Assembly (NCBI GenBank): GCA_038087875.1 | Contig: CM075992.1 | Coordinates: 12,154,001 to 12,218,000 of the forward strand | DNA: 64,000 nt | DNA from: Malacoraja senta | Taxonomy: Eukaryota | Direction of reading: 5' to 3' | In this document: positions 49,491-62,477 of the stretch, in pieces | How positions within the stretch are numbered: the first letter of the stretch is position 1 | Layout of the letters: every line of letters starts with the position of its first letter | Translations under genes and position numbers: made by a program | The notes under the pieces: model-generated | What the model saw: the letters and a program-made list of their open reading frames with translations, nothing else | Databases searched by the model: none | What the model was told of the DNA's origin: nothing

Positions 49491-51149
49491 TCCCCACGTC
49501 TGCCGAGATGCCTTGACTACTTCACCAAACTCCCCCCCCCCCCCCCCACTCCATCGTGACCACTCTCCTGACATGGACCTCCCTCCCAGCCCACCAATCC
49601 TACCCATGCCAACCAAAGCTGTGCCATTCCCCAGAGAACACATCTCATACACACAACACTACAGCACTGGAACAGGCCCTTCGGCCCACAATGTCCATGC
49701 TGAACATGGTGCCAAGTTGAACTAATCTCCTCTACCTGCACACAGCCCATATGTTCATAAGTTCATGTGATAGGAGAAGAATTTGACCATTCTGCCCATC
49801 AAGTCTACTCCACCATTCAATCATGGCTGATCTACCTCTCCTAACCCCATTCTCCTGCCTTCTCCCCATAACCCCTGATACCCGTACTGATCAAGAATCT
49901 ATCAATCTCCGCTTTAAAGATACCCAATGACTTGGCCTTTTACTCAATTATTTTGATTTTAATTAAACAAACTAATTATTTCAAGCACGCAATAATCAAA
50001 CATGTGTATGACTTCAGGTGCCAGTATTTATAAATGATTTGGATTAACTGCAGATGGGTTGGTCATGGGGAGAGGGAGGGATATGGATCACATGCAGGCA
50101 CAGATTAGTCTAACTTGGCATCATGTTCGGCATGGACATTATGGGTTGCAGAGCCTGTTCCAGTGCTGTAGTGATCTATGATCTATGAGATGGGTTCTCT
50201 GGATCACTATCACAGCTTTTAGTTTAGTTTAGTTTAGTTTGATTTAGATTAGTTAAGTTTAGTTTCGTTTAGAGATACAGCACGGAAACAGGCCCTTCAG
50301 CCCACCGAGTCCACACCGACCATTGATCACCCATTCACTCTAGTTCTATGTTATCCCACTTTCTCATCCACTCCCTGCACACTATGGGACAATTTACAGG
50401 GCCAATTAACCTACAAACCTGCACGTCTTTGGGATGTGGGAGCAAACTGGAGCACCCGGAGGAAACCCACTCTGTTTCCCACAGGAAGAACCTGCAAACT
50501 CAACACACAGACAGCCCCCCAAAACAGGATTGAACCGGGGGCTCTGGCGCTGTGCCACTCTACCATCCTAGCCCCTAGGGATATGGAAGGATATGGATCG
50601 AGTGAATGTAGAGAGGATGTTTCCACTAGTGGGAGACATGACTAGAGGTCATAGCCTCAGAATTGAAAACAAAAATCCATTAGGATGAGGAGGAATTTCT
50701 TCAATCAGACGGTGGTGAATCTGTGGAATTCTTTGCCACAGAAGGCTGTGGAGGCCAAGTCAGTGGATATTTTTAAGGCGGAGATGGATAGATTCTTGAT
50801 TAGTACGGGTGTCAGGGGTTATGGGGAGAAGGCAGGAGAATGGGGTTCGGAGGGAGAGATAGATCAGCCATGATTGAATGGCGGAGTAGACTTGATGGTT
50901 CCATTCACTCATGAACATGATACCACAACCTAATTTACATGGTGTATTTTTCAAATTACCTGCTCAAATTTAAATGGTTGCGCGTATGTTTAATTTCCGT
51001 GTTATTGAATTACTTGCTGCTTTTCAGGATGTTAATCACTGTAAATCGCGAGGTGCCTGTGTATCGCAGACAGCAGAGGTTCCCAGATCTAATCCCCGCG
51101 GGATTCCGCTGGTCAGAGACCCCCGAGTCAGTTCTCCCCCTGACTCTCT

Positions 51150-51290
51150 GGGTTAAACTCTGGTTAAACTCTGGATAAACTCTTGGTTAAACTCTGGGTT
51201 AAACTCTGGTTAAACTCTGGGTTAAACCCTGAGTTAAACTCTGGTTAAACTCTGGTTAAACTCTGGTTAAACTCTCTGGGTTAAACTCTC
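51150..51290. repeat. 11-14-bp tandem repeat (ggttaaactct)n directly before a splice acceptor
   Basis: About 12 units seen directly. Confidence 0.9.
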
Positions 51291-51301
51291 TGTGTCGACA
51301 G

Positions 51302-51393
51302 GTTAACCTCTGCCTCTTCACAGCCACGCTCAGGGCTCTGCTGAAACAGCTGGCTGCGCTGAATGCAGATGTGTCCATGATCAAGAACAGAAG
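51302..51393 (+). CDS. Adhesion GPCR exon encoding TM5-ICL3
   Basis: cgacag|VNLCLFTATLRALLKQLAALNADVSMIKNR ag|gtcagt; 92 bp, phase 0-2. Confidence 0.92.
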
Positions 51394-51549
51394 GTCAGTC
51401 ACACTCATGATATCTTTCCTCCTGCCGGCTAGAACACTCCTTCACCTGTATGATGTGTATTCTGACAACTTCTTCCCAATTCCCTGTCCTTCCCCCCTTG
51501 CCTGGGACAACTCTGATGTCCCAGATACTTCCTGGGGCTTTACTCTCCT

Positions 51550-52060
51550 CACTAGCCAGATGTTCATCACTGGGCAGATGTTCCAGCACTGGGCAGATGT
51601 TCCACACTGGACGGATGCTCCTTGCTGGCAGATGTTTACTGGGCCGATGTTCCATCACTGGGCAAATGTCCAACACTGGACAGTTGTTCATCCTCACTAG
51701 CCAGATGTTCCATCACTGGGCAGATGTTCCAGCACTGGCCAGATGTTCCTCACTGGGAAGATGTTTACTGTGCAGATGTTCACAGTGAACAGATGTTCAT
51801 CAGAAAGACAGATGTTCCTCAGTGAGGGCTGATGTTTAATAGTGGAGGCAGATGCTCAATGGTGAATGCAGATGTTTGTCACTGCGCTGATGTTTGCACT
51901 AGACAGATGTTCAGCATTAACCATATAACCATATATAAGCATTGAAGGAAGATTTCCATTAGTGATGGCAGACGTTTATCAGTGAAGACAGATGTTCACC
52001 AGTGCAGGCAGTTGTTCATCGGTGAGGTCTGATGATCACCGTGGACAGATGTTCCTCACC
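51550..52060. repeat. Degenerate ~19-bp minisatellite (gggcagatgttccatcact)
   Basis: More than 20 imperfect cagatgtt units. Confidence 0.85.
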
Positions 52061-52206
52061 GGCTGAAGGGCCTGTTTCCACGCTGTATCACTCTGTGACG
52101 ACCCTGAGTCCCAGGGTGAGTCCCCAGGCCCAGTGGAAGGGGGTGGTTGAGAGGCAGCAGATGGGTTAGCAGTGGGGGAGGAGGGGTGTTGGGGCTGGTG
52201 GTACTG

Positions 52207-52452
<246 letters not shown>

Positions 52453-52501
52453 GTGTAGGGGTGAGATGCTGACCTTCTCTCTCTCTCTCTGTGTTGTGTA
52501 G

Positions 52502-52670
52502 GGGTGTGATGCTGCGGGCTGTGGCTCGGCTCTTTGTGCTGGGCATCCCCTGGGTCCTGGGCTTGTTTCAGAAGCGTGATGGGTTGCTGGTGATGACCTA
52601 CCTGTTCACCATCGTCAACAGCTTCCAGGGGACCTTCATCTTCATCATCCTGTGTCTGCTCAGCAAGCAG
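52502..52670 (+). CDS. Adhesion GPCR exon encoding TM6-TM7
   Basis: gtgtag|g GVMLRAVARLFVLGIPWVLGLFQKRDGLLVMTYLFTIVNSFQGTFIFIILCLLSKQ|gtgcca; 169 bp, phase 2-0; YLFTIxNSxQG motif. Confidence 0.96.
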
Positions 52671-53082
52671 GTGCCAGCGCGGGCACGATGCCAGGTCTCA
52701 CCCTGCCCACGGACACACGCGTGCACCATGTCACACCGCATGGAGACTGTCACGGAACATGCGTCATGGAGAAGGTCACGGTACCGGGTCACATGGCATG
52801 GAACTAGTCACGGTACCGGGCCATGCATCACAGCCACCGTCACGTCACTGGGACAAGCAACAGGTCACCGCACAGGGCCACGCAACACGGACACGCCTCC
52901 AGTAGCGTGGCACACATACATATCTCACGCAGTCCTGTATCCACACACACCCAATATCACCCACCCACGCACACACGGATCTCACATTACGTCCCACGCC
53001 CCCATTCATTCCCCACACCCGTCCCCCACCACCTGTGGCAGACTAACGCACATTAACGTCCCGTCTGTCTGTGTCCGTGCAG

Positions 53083-53172
53083 GTGAGGAGGGAGTACCGT
53101 TCCTGCTTCAGACGACAGCGCACCCGGTCTGTCTGGGTGCAGGCACACGCCACCAGTACCAGCCCCACCTTG
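53083..53172 (+). CDS. Adhesion GPCR exon encoding helix 8 and C-tail
   Basis: gtgcag|VRREYRSCFRRQRTRSVWVQAHATSTSPTL|gtgagt; 90 bp, phase 0-0. Confidence 0.9.
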
Positions 53173-53179
53173 GTGAGTC

Positions 53180-53565
53180 TACACCTACCCCCCCTCACTC
53201 TCATCCACCCCCCCCCTCACCCACCCCCCCCCCCTCACCCACCCCCACCTCCTCACTCTCATCCACCCCCCCCTCACCCGCCCCCACCCCCTCCATCACT
53301 CTCACCCACCCACCCCCCCCCCTAACTCTCACCCACCCACCCCCCTCACCCACCCCCACCCCCACCCCCCTCACTCTCACCCCTCGTCCCCACTCCCCAC
53401 CCCACCCCCGTCACTCTCAGCCACACTCCCCACCCACGTCACTCTCACCCACCCCACCCCTCACTCTCACCCACCCACCTCCCTCACTCTCCTCCACCCT
53501 CCTCACTCCCCCTCCCCCATCCACTCTCCCACCCCCACTCCCCCTCACCCACCCCTCCCCCACCT
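53180..53565. repeat. C-rich low-complexity tract
   Basis: ccctcactctcacccacccc-type units. Confidence 0.85.
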
Positions 53566-53624
53566 CACAAGAGAGATTTTGAACAAATTAATGAAAGATC
53601 TGCAAAAAAGTAACGATGATAAAG

Positions 53625-54650
53625 GAAACAGGCCGTGGTTAGCTGTGGGCGAGGTGAAACAGGCCATGGTTAGCTGTGGGCGAGGTGAAACAGGCCATGG
53701 TTAGCTGTGGGCGAGGTGAAACAGGCCATGGTTAGCTGTGGGCGAGGTGAAACAGGCCATGGTTAGCTGTGGGCGAGGTGAAACAGGCCATGGTTAGCTG
53801 TGGGCGAGGTGAAACAGGCCATGGTTAGCTGTGGGCGAGGTGAAACAGGCCATGGTTAGCTGTGGGCGAGGTGAAACAGGCCATGGTTAGCTGTGGGCGA
53901 GGTGAAACAGGCCATGGTTAGCTGTGGGCGAGGTGAAACAGGCCATGGTTAGCTGTGGGCGAGGTGAAACAGCCATGGTTAGCTGTGGGCGAGGTGAAAC
54001 AGGCCGTGGTTAGCTGTGGGCGAGGTGAAACAGGCCATGGTTAGCTGTGGGCGAGGTGAAACAGGCCATGGTTAGCTGTGGGCGAGGTGAAACAGGCCAT
54101 GGTTAGCTGTGGGCGAGGTGAAACAGGCCATGGTTAGCTGTGGGCGAGGTGAAACAGGCCATGGTTAGCTGTGGGCGAGGTGAAACAGGCCATGGTTAGC
54201 TGTGGGCGAGGTGAAACAGGCCATGGTTAGCTGTGGGCGAGGTGAAACAGGCCATGGTTAGCTGTGGGCGAGGTGAAACAGGCCATGGTTAGCTGTGGGC
54301 GAGGTGAAACAGGCCATGGTTAGCTGTGGGCGAGGTGAAACAGGCCATGGTTAGCTGTGGGCGAGGTGAAACAGGCCATGGTTAGCTGTGGGCGAGGTGA
54401 AACAGGCCATGGTTAGCTGTGGGCGAGGTGAAACAGGCCATGGTTAGCTGTGGGCGAGGTGAAACAGGCCATGGTTAGCTGTGGGCGAGGTGAAACAGGC
54501 CGTGGTTAGCTGTGGGCGAGGTGAAACAGGCCATGGTTAGCTGTGGGCGAGATGAAACAGGCCATGGTTAGCTGTGGGCGAGGTGAAACAGGCCATGGTT
54601 AGCTGTGGGCGAGGTGAAACAGGCCGTTGTTAGCTGTGGGCGAGGTGAAA
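53625..54650. repeat. 31-bp minisatellite (VNTR), about 33 near-perfect units, inside a - strand Penelope 3' fragment
   Basis: Unit gaaacaggccatggttagctgtgggcgaggt; the flanks match the rc of 35830-36020, where the unit occurs once. Confidence 0.95.
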
Positions 54651-54808
54651 ACGAGTTGCAGACAACGAGACTCAACAAGACAACTTTGAAGCTGGTGCGA
54701 CTTGGTTGGGGGAGCGATCGAGTGGGGGGGGGGGGGGTGGGGGGTTGCAGGGGTTACTTGAAGTTAGAGAATTAAATATATTCATACCAATAAATAGAGA
54801 GACAGATA

Positions 54809-55130
54809 GTTTAGTTTAGTTTAGTTTAGAGATACAGCACGGAAACAGGCCCTTCAGCCCACCGAGTCCCACACCAACCAGCGATCCCCGCACACTGCAC
54901 TATCCTACACCGAATAGGGACAATTTTTACATTTACCAAGCCAATTAACCTACAAACCTGTACGTCTTTGGAGTGTGGGAGGAAACCGAAGATCTTGAAA
55001 AAACCCACGCAGGTCACGGGGAGAACGTACAAACTCCGTACAGACAGCACCCGTAGTCAGGATCGAACCCGGGTCTCCGGCGCTGCATTCGCTGTAAGGC
55101 GGCAACTTTACCGCTGCGCCACCGTGACTG
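54809..55130 (-). mobile_element. Full-length tRNA-derived V-SINE/HE1-type SINE; other copies at ~37106-37460, 45920-46140, 50215-50560, 58090-58335, 60497-60780, 63130-63485
   Basis: Box A ggtggcgcagcgg, box B gggttcgatcc, central tgtacggagtttgtacgttctccccgtg domain, (TAAAC)n tail. Confidence 0.85.
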
Positions 55131-55364
55131 CGTAGATAGATAGATAGATAGATAGATATTCATACCACTGCCTAAGCAGTATTCATACGTAAACTGCATA
55201 TGCAAAATATGAGATATGGAATATCTTGTATTGGATGAACAGGTTTGTAGGTTAATTGGCTTCTGTAAAAATTGTAAATTGTCCCTAGTATACGGGGCTG
55301 ATCAGACTCTGTGGGTTGAAGGGCCTGTTGCCGCGCTGTATCTCTAAAGTAACGTCCGGACAGG

Positions 55365-56400
55365 AAAGCACACCAAGGCCTCTACTCCTTAGAACACTTC
55401 GGAAGTTTTGCATGTACCCATCAACTCTCACCAACTTCTACAGATGCACCATATTAAGCATTTTATCGGGATGCATCACAGCACGGTTTGAGAACAGCTC
55501 CATCCAAGACCGCAAGAATTTGCAGAGAACTGTGGATGCAGCCCACATATAGTGCAGAAGGTTAAGAGGGGACTTGATAGAGGTCTTTAAAATTATGAGA
55601 GGGTAGACAGAGTTGACGTGGATAAGCTTTTCCCATTGAGAGTAGGGAAGATTCAAACAAGAGGACATGACTTGAGAATTAAGGGACAGAAGTTTAGGGG
55701 TAACATTAGGGGGAACTTCTTTACTCAGAGAGTGGTAGCTGTGTGGAATGAGCTTCAGGTGGAAGTGGTGGAGGCAGGTTCGATTTTATCATTTAAAAAT
55801 AGATTGGATGGGTATATGGACGAGAAAGGAATGGAGGGTTATGGTCCTGAGTGCAGGTAGATGGGACTAGGGGAGAAAAAGTGTTTGGCATGGACTTGAA
55901 GGGCCGAGATGGCCTGTTTCCATACTGTAATTGTTATATGGTTATATGGTTATATGGTTATATTGACTCCATCTACACCTCACGCTGCCTCGGCAAGGCC
56001 AGCAGCATAATCAAGGACCAGTCACACCCTGGTCATTCCCTCTTCCCCCCTCTCCCATAAGGCAAGAGATGCAGAAGTGTGAAAACACACACCTCCAGAT
56101 TCAGGGACAGTTTCTTCCCAGCTGTTCTCAGGCAACTGAATCATCCTACCACAACCAGAGAGCATTCCTGAGCTACTATCTACCACATTGGTGACCCTCG
56201 GACTATCTTTGATCGGACTTTGCTGGCTTTACCTTGCACTAAACGTAATTCCCGTATCATGTATCTGTACATTGCGAATGGCTCAATTCTAATCATGTAT
56301 TGTCTTTCTACTAACTGGATAGCACACAGCAAAAGCGTTTCACTGTACCTCGGAACACGTGACAATAGACTAAACTAAACTGGTAATCTAAACTAAACTC
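55365..56400 (+). mobile_element. Rex1/Babar-derived element interrupted by a CR1 3' fragment (55550-55960)
   Basis: TNFYRCTILSILSGCIT; CR1 piece nearly identical to 30300-30700. Confidence 0.8.
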
Positions 56401-56647
56401 TGAAGAAGGGACTCGGCCCGAAACGTCACCCATTCCTTCTCTCCAGAGATGCTCCCTGTCCCGCTGAGTTACTCCAGCATTTTGTGTCTACCTTCGATTT
56501 AAACTAGTTCCTTTTTACACATTTTGACAATAAACTTAGCTTGACTAGACCATGGGCCAGAATTCACCACACTCCTCTTTGCTAATGGATAGTTTGTGTG
56601 GTGGCCTTGGTTGGGTGGGATGCTAATGCTTTGCTCTTGTGTTGAAG

Positions 56648-56686
56648 GTGGAGATGGGCATACTGGAGAGCAGGCCTGGGGCCTGA
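56648..56686 (+). CDS. Probable last coding exon of the adhesion GPCR (VEMGILESRPGA*)
   Basis: Unique sequence island between repeats; branch-like tgctaat, pyrimidine tract, ttgaag acceptor; phase 0 matches the previous exon. Confidence 0.55.
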   Translation: MEMGILESRPGA

Positions 56687-57014
56687 TGGAGCCTGGAGGG
56701 GGCGGTGGGGACAGTCGGCGGTGGCGAAGGCGGGAGGGGCCGCGCGCATCGTTGCCGAGGTCGGTGGAGGCTTCGACACCAAGCGGGATGTTCCATACTA
56801 ATGCCAACATCTCCAGCAGCGCTCAACGGACGGACGTGGCCCAGGGGTGTGAAGGCGTGAATATCAGACAGCATCCTTTTCTCCAGAGATGCTGTCTGTC
56901 CCACTGAGTTACTCCAGCTTTTTTTGTCTACCTTCGATTTAAACCAGCATCTGCAGTTCCTTCCTACACAGACTAGGCCTATGCCAGTCACACTGACCAT
57001 TCATACCCTAACCA

Positions 57015-57450
57015 TACGATAGAACTTTATTTATCCCAGGAATCATAAAACACAACAAGACACATGAAATATGAAATTAAAGTGACGAGTGGAAAGTCCA
57101 GGATTAGGGATGTGCAAATAATGGAGAGGGGTGCGGAGGTGGGGGAGTCAGTCTCAGTCTCAGTCTACCCCATGACAGTAGAGGGAGGAGTTGTACAGTT
57201 CGATAGCCACAGGGAACAAGGATCTCCTGTGACATTCTGTGCTGCATCTTGGAGGAACCAGTCTGTTGCTGAAGGTGCTCCTCAGGTTGACCAGTGTGTC
57301 ACGGAGGGGATGAGCTGTATTGTCCAGGATGCTCTGCAGTTTGAGGAGCATCCTCCCCTCCAAGACCACCTCCCATTAATCCAACTCCGCCCCCAGGACG
57401 GAGCCAGCCTTCCCGGTGAGTTTGTTGATCCCGAAGGGACATTCTGAAGC
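57015..57450 (-). mobile_element. Rex1-like LINE 3' fragment
   Basis: KLQSILDNTAHPL..RL..PRCSTE..RRSLFPVAIELYN. Confidence 0.7.
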
Positions 57451-57499
57451 GAAAGAGGCCTCTGGGAAGATTTGGTCGATCAGTAAATGAGCTGTACTT

Positions 57500-58040
57500 C
57501 AGATTCAGATCAGATTCAGATTCAACTTTATTGTCATTGTGCAGTGTACAGTACAGAGACAACGAAATGCAGTTAGCATCTCCCTAGAAGAGCGACATAA
57601 ATATGAGCAGTAAATAAATAAATCTAATAAATCCTGGTGGGAGGAGTGTCCGGGGGGGGGGGGGGGGTGTGATTGGCAGTCACCGAGGTACAGTGTTGAG
57701 TAGTTTAACCGCCGCAGGGAAGAAGCTGTTCCTGGACCTGCTGGTCCGGCAACGGAGAGACCTGTAGCGCCTCCCGGATGGTAGGAGGGTAAACAGTCTG
57801 TGGTTGGGGTGAGAGCAGTCCTTGGCGATGCTGAGCGCCCTTCGCAGACAACGCTTGCTTTGGACAGACTCAATGGAGGGGAGTGAGGAACCGGTGATGC
57901 GTTGGGCAATTTTCACCACCCTCTGCAGTGCTTTCTGGTTGGAGACAGAGCAGTTGCCATACCATACTGTGATGCAGTTGGTAAGGATGCTCTCGATGGT
58001 GCAGCGGTAGAAGTTCACCAGAATCCGAGGAGACCATCGC
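57500..58040 (-). mobile_element. Rex1/Babar LINE 3' fragment with (TGAATC)n tail
   Basis: NFYRCTIESILTNCITVWYGN..LQRVVKIAQRITG..LLPSGRRYRS. Confidence 0.88.
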
Positions 58041-59249
58041 ATAGAGTGTTAGGCACACAGCTTGGAAACAGGCCCTTCAGCCCCACTTGCCCACACCGCC
58101 CAACATGCCCCATCCACACTATCCTACACACTAGGGACAATTTACAATTTTACCGAAGCCAATTAACCTACAAACCTGTTCATGAGGGAGGAAATGGGAG
58201 CACCCGGAGAAAATCCACGCATGTCACGGGGAGAACGTACAAACTAAGTACAGACAACACTTGTGGTCAGAATCGAACCCGGGTCTCTGGCGCTGTGAGG
58301 CAGCAACTCTACTGCTGTGCCACCGTGCCGCACTAGGACAGATAGCATCCGTGGAGGACAATGGACAGCCAACGTTTCGGGTCAGGAGCCTTCTTTAGAC
58401 ACGTGAAGACTGTTCCTCCACCATACACTGGCACTATCCTTTCACACAGAGAGTTGTGAGGCTGTGGAATTCTCTGCCTCAGAGGGCGGTGGAGGCCGGT
58501 TCTCTGGATACTTTCACGAGAGAGCTAGATAGGGCTCTTAAAGATGGCGGAGTCAGGGGATATGGGGAGAAGGCAGGAACGGGGTACTGATTGGGGATGA
58601 TCAGCCATGATCACATTGAATGGCGGTGTTGGCTCGTAGGGCCGAATGACCTCCTCCAGCACCTATTGTCTATTGACAATTTATAGAAGCCAATTAACGT
58701 AAAACTCCGTACAGACAGCACCCGTAATGGGGATGGAACCAGGGTCTCTGGCGCTGTGAGGCAGTGACTCTACTGTGACAGCCTGTGTCTTTAGCCACAG
58801 TGGGGTCAGAACGAGGACAATAGACAATAGGTGCAGGAGTAGGCCATTCGGCCCTTTGAGCGCTGAACCCTGCTCAGACACGAGGAGTGCTGCAACCTGC
58901 TCGGACATCGCCCCCACCCCCCTGAGCCCAATCTGAGGAGCGTCAACAGCCTGCCCCAGAGGCCCTGACACCTACATCCCAGTACTGCACCCTGGGGGAA
59001 TGTGCAGGAAGGAACTGCAGATGCTGGTGAATCGAGGACCAGAGGACAAAGGTTTAAGTTGAAGGGGGAAATATTTAATAGGAATCAGAAGGGTAACTTT
59101 CTCACACAAAGAGTGGTGAGTGCATGGAACAAGCTGCCAGAGGTGGTAGTTGTGACTGGGACTATCGCAATGGTTAACAAGCAGTTAGGTAGATACAACA
59201 AGCTGGAGTAACTCAGCGGGACAGGCCGCATCTCTGGGGAGAAGGAATG

Positions 59250-59283
59250 GGTGACGTTTCGGGTCGAGACCCTTCTTCAGACT
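59250..59283 (-). ncRNA. Minimal hammerhead ribozyme motif (Penelope type)
   Basis: rc reads agt-CTGAAGA-A-GGGTC-TC-GACCC-GAAA-CG-TC-acc, identical to the 34802 copy. Confidence 0.6.
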
Positions 59284-61121
59284 GAAGGCGGCGGTGATCC
59301 TACCCCCAGCCTCCAGGGGGAGATGTTCAGTTCCTGCTGCACCAGCTCCATCCCAGTTAGCAGGGTGAGCTCCGCGACCACAGAGGCCCCACATTTCCGC
59401 AGCTCGCACTCACTCTTGTCTCACCACCACAACTTCCCCTCTTTTGTGCAATAAAAAGGAACTGCGGAGGCCGGTTTAGATCAAAGATAGTCACAAAGAG
59501 CCAGAGTAACTCACTGGGTCAGGCAGCATCTCCGGAGAACATGGATAGCTGTGTCTCTCATTTGCCTCTCCCCTGACTCAGTCTGAAGAAGGGTCTCGGC
59601 ATCAAGTGTATCCACTACCCCAAGGTGGACATTGGACTTTGTCTGTGGAACTGATGCGCTACAATGCTGAGAACTATATTCTGCACTCTGTAACTTCCCC
59701 TTTCCTCTACCTGTAGAACTTGAGTTTGGCTGGATTGTATTTATGTAGTTGAAACATGCATCGCAGCTTGGTTTGGGAACAGCTCTGCTCAAGTCCTCAT
59801 GAAATCACAGAGAGTTGTAGATGTAACCCAGTCCATCACACAGACCACACTCCCCACCATTGACTCCATCTACACTTCAGGCTGCCTCAGAAAAGCAGTC
59901 AATATCATTCCTCCAGAGATGCTGCCTGACCCGCTGAGTTTCTCCAGGTTTTTGTGTCTATGGATAGGTTACTCATCGGTTAACCAGTTGCACAGTTCTC
60001 ATCGATACATCCCAGACCATCACACAAACCAACCTCCCTTCCATCGACTGCATCTACACCTCACGCTGCCTCGGCAGAGGCCAGCAGCATAATCAAGGAC
60101 CAGTCTCACCCCGGTCACTCCCTCTTCTCCCCTCTCCCATCAGGCAAGAGGTACAGAAGTGTGAAAATGCACACCTCCAGATTCAGGGACAGTTTCTTCC
60201 CGGCTGTTATCAGGCAACTGAACCATCCTACCACCAATTAGATAGCGGTCCTGAGCTCCTATCTACCCCATTGGAAAATATCAGACACTTTAATTGGACT
60301 TTATCTTGCACTAAACGTTATTCCCTTATCCTGTATCTGTACACTGTGGACGGCTCGATTGTAATCATGTATTGTCTTTGCACTGACTGGTTAACATGCA
60401 ATAAAAGCTTTTCACTGTATCTCGATACACGTGACAATGAACTAAACTCAACTAAACTAAACTCTTGGCACCACACCGTCCCAAGTCAATAAGTGAGTGG
60501 CACAGTGACACAGCGGTGGAGTTGCTGCCTCACAGCGCCAGAGAGCCGGGTTCCATCCTGACTACGGGTGCTGTCTGTACGGAGTTTGTACGTTCTCCCC
60601 GTGACCTGAGATCTTCGGTTTCCTCCCACATACAGGTTTGTAGATTAATTGGCTTGGTATGAATGTAAAATTGTCCCTAGTGTGTGTAGGGTAGTGTGAG
60701 TGTGCGGGGATCACTGGTCGGCGCGGACTTGGTGGGCCGAATGGCCTGTTTCCGTGCTGTATCTCTAAACTAAACAAAACTAATTGGCCTATCAGTGAAC
60801 CACCCAGGTTGAGGTCATATGTTATAGGAGCAGAACTAGGCCATTCGGCCCATCAAGTCTACTCCACCTGATCTCTCGTTCCCATTCTCTTGCCTTCTGC
60901 CCATAACCCTTGACATCCTTACTAATCAACAACCTGGCAATCTCTGCTTTTAAAAATATCCAAAGATTTGTCCTCCACAGCCATCTGTGGCAATGAATTC
61001 CACAGATTTGAAGAACTCCACAACCGAAGAAAGGTCTCGACCTGAAATGTCACCCATTCCTTCTCTCCTGAGATGCTGCCTGTCCCGCTGAGCTACTCCA
61101 GCTTTTTGTGTCTATGTACAG

Positions 61122-62477
61122 CAGGGGTCGGCAACCCGGTTCTGCCTAGGGGCCGGGTCCCGGGTCTGTGAGCGGTTGGAAGGCCACATCTATCGCCATA
61201 CTTAATAAACTTTGACATATTTAAGAAATATTATGTCTACTGAACATAGGAGTTGGGTTGAGACACTGGTATTGAAATAACCCTCAAGGTGCTGCAGAGA
61301 TTCACCTGCACCTCCTCCAACCTCATCTATTGCATCCGCTGCTCTAGGTGTCAGCTGCTCTACATCGGGGAGACCAAGCGAAGGCTTGGCGATTGCTTTG
61401 CCCAACACCTCCACTCAGTTCTCAATAACCAACCTGATCTCCCGGTGGCTCAGCACTTTTTCCTTTCCCCCTCCCATTCCGAATCCGACCTTTCTGTCCT
61501 GGGCCTCCTCCATGGCCAGAGTGAGTCCCACCGCAAATTGGAGGAGCAGCACCTCATATTTTGCTTGGGTAGTTTACACCCCAGCGGTATGAACATTGAC
61601 TTCTCCAATTTCAGGAAGTCCTTGCTTTCTCCCTCTTTCCCCTCCCCTTCCCAGCTCTCCCAAAGCCTACTGTCTCCTCCTCTTCCTTTCTTCTTCCCGC
61701 CCCCCCCCATCCTCACATCAGTCTGAAGAATGTTCTCGACCTGAAACGTCACCTATTCCTTCCCTCCATAGATGCTGCATCACCCGCTGAGTTTCTCCAG
61801 CATTTTTGTCAACCTTCAAGAATCTTAAGATCAACATCGGGTTTATTGTGCAAAAACAACGATTTAACAACAGCCGACACAATTTAACATTAGCATCCAG
61901 TACAGTTCCTCACTGTGACGACGACCCGATATTTATGGGATGATCGAAACTCCGGCGTCGGGACGGATTGTAACACGACAGGAAAAGTTTCAATAGACAA
62001 TAGGTGCAGCAGTAGGCCATTCGGCCCATCGAGCCAGCACCGCCATTCAATGTGATCATGGCTGATCATCTCCAATCAGTACCACAGTATCAGCCTTCTC
62101 CCCTTATCCCCTGACTCCGCTATCTTTAAGACCCCTACCTAGCTCTCTCTTGAAAGTATCCAGAGAACCGGCCTCCACTGCCCTCTGAGGAAGAGACTTC
62201 CACAGACTCACAACTCTCCTAGTTCCCACCCCCCTCCCCCACATAAAACATAGGAAGAATCACCAAAACATACCCTTAACACACACTCAACACAACAGAA
62301 ACAGTGAAGGGCCACGACAGGCTGCTTGCGAGACAGCCGTTACGGACTCACCCCTCTCTGTCTGCTTGCCGGAATGGTTCCGGGGAGGCGCTGAGCAAAA
62401 AAATATACGCCTGCAGGCCGGATGATTTCAAGTTATGTGCCGCATTCTGCCCTTGGGCCATAGGTTGCTGACCCCTG
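61122..62477. mobile_element. Non-autonomous hAT (Charlie-like) DNA transposon containing nested Penelope and CR1 fragments
   Basis: TIRs caggggtcggcaacc / rc caggggtcagcaacc; perfect 8-bp TSD atgtacag at 61114-61121 and 62478-62485. Confidence 0.88.
61285..61820 (+). mobile_element. Penelope-like element: GIY-YIG endonuclease and pLTR with hammerhead motif
   Basis: FTCTSSNLIYCIRCSRCQLLYIGETKRRL..EEQHLIF..HPSGMN; ctgaaga..gaaacgtc at 61723-61750. Confidence 0.9.

Noticed and set aside
52671..53582. 363-aa ORF with a proline-rich tail
   Set aside because: Read-through from the TM6-TM7 exon into intron and C-rich low-complexity DNA; good splice sites define the real exons
53625..54650. Regular 31-bp repeats resembling a CRISPR array
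   Set aside because: Head-to-tail units with no unique spacers, no cas genes, eukaryotic context; it is a minisatellite
54990..55130. tRNA-like sequence with A and B boxes
   Set aside because: Head of a tRNA-derived SINE present in many copies, not a tRNA gene
59286..59456. Unique island with AATAAA at ~59450 as a further coding exon
   Set aside because: No convincing acceptor or homology; it may be 3' UTR or a poly(A) site of the GPCR but this cannot be supported from sequence alone
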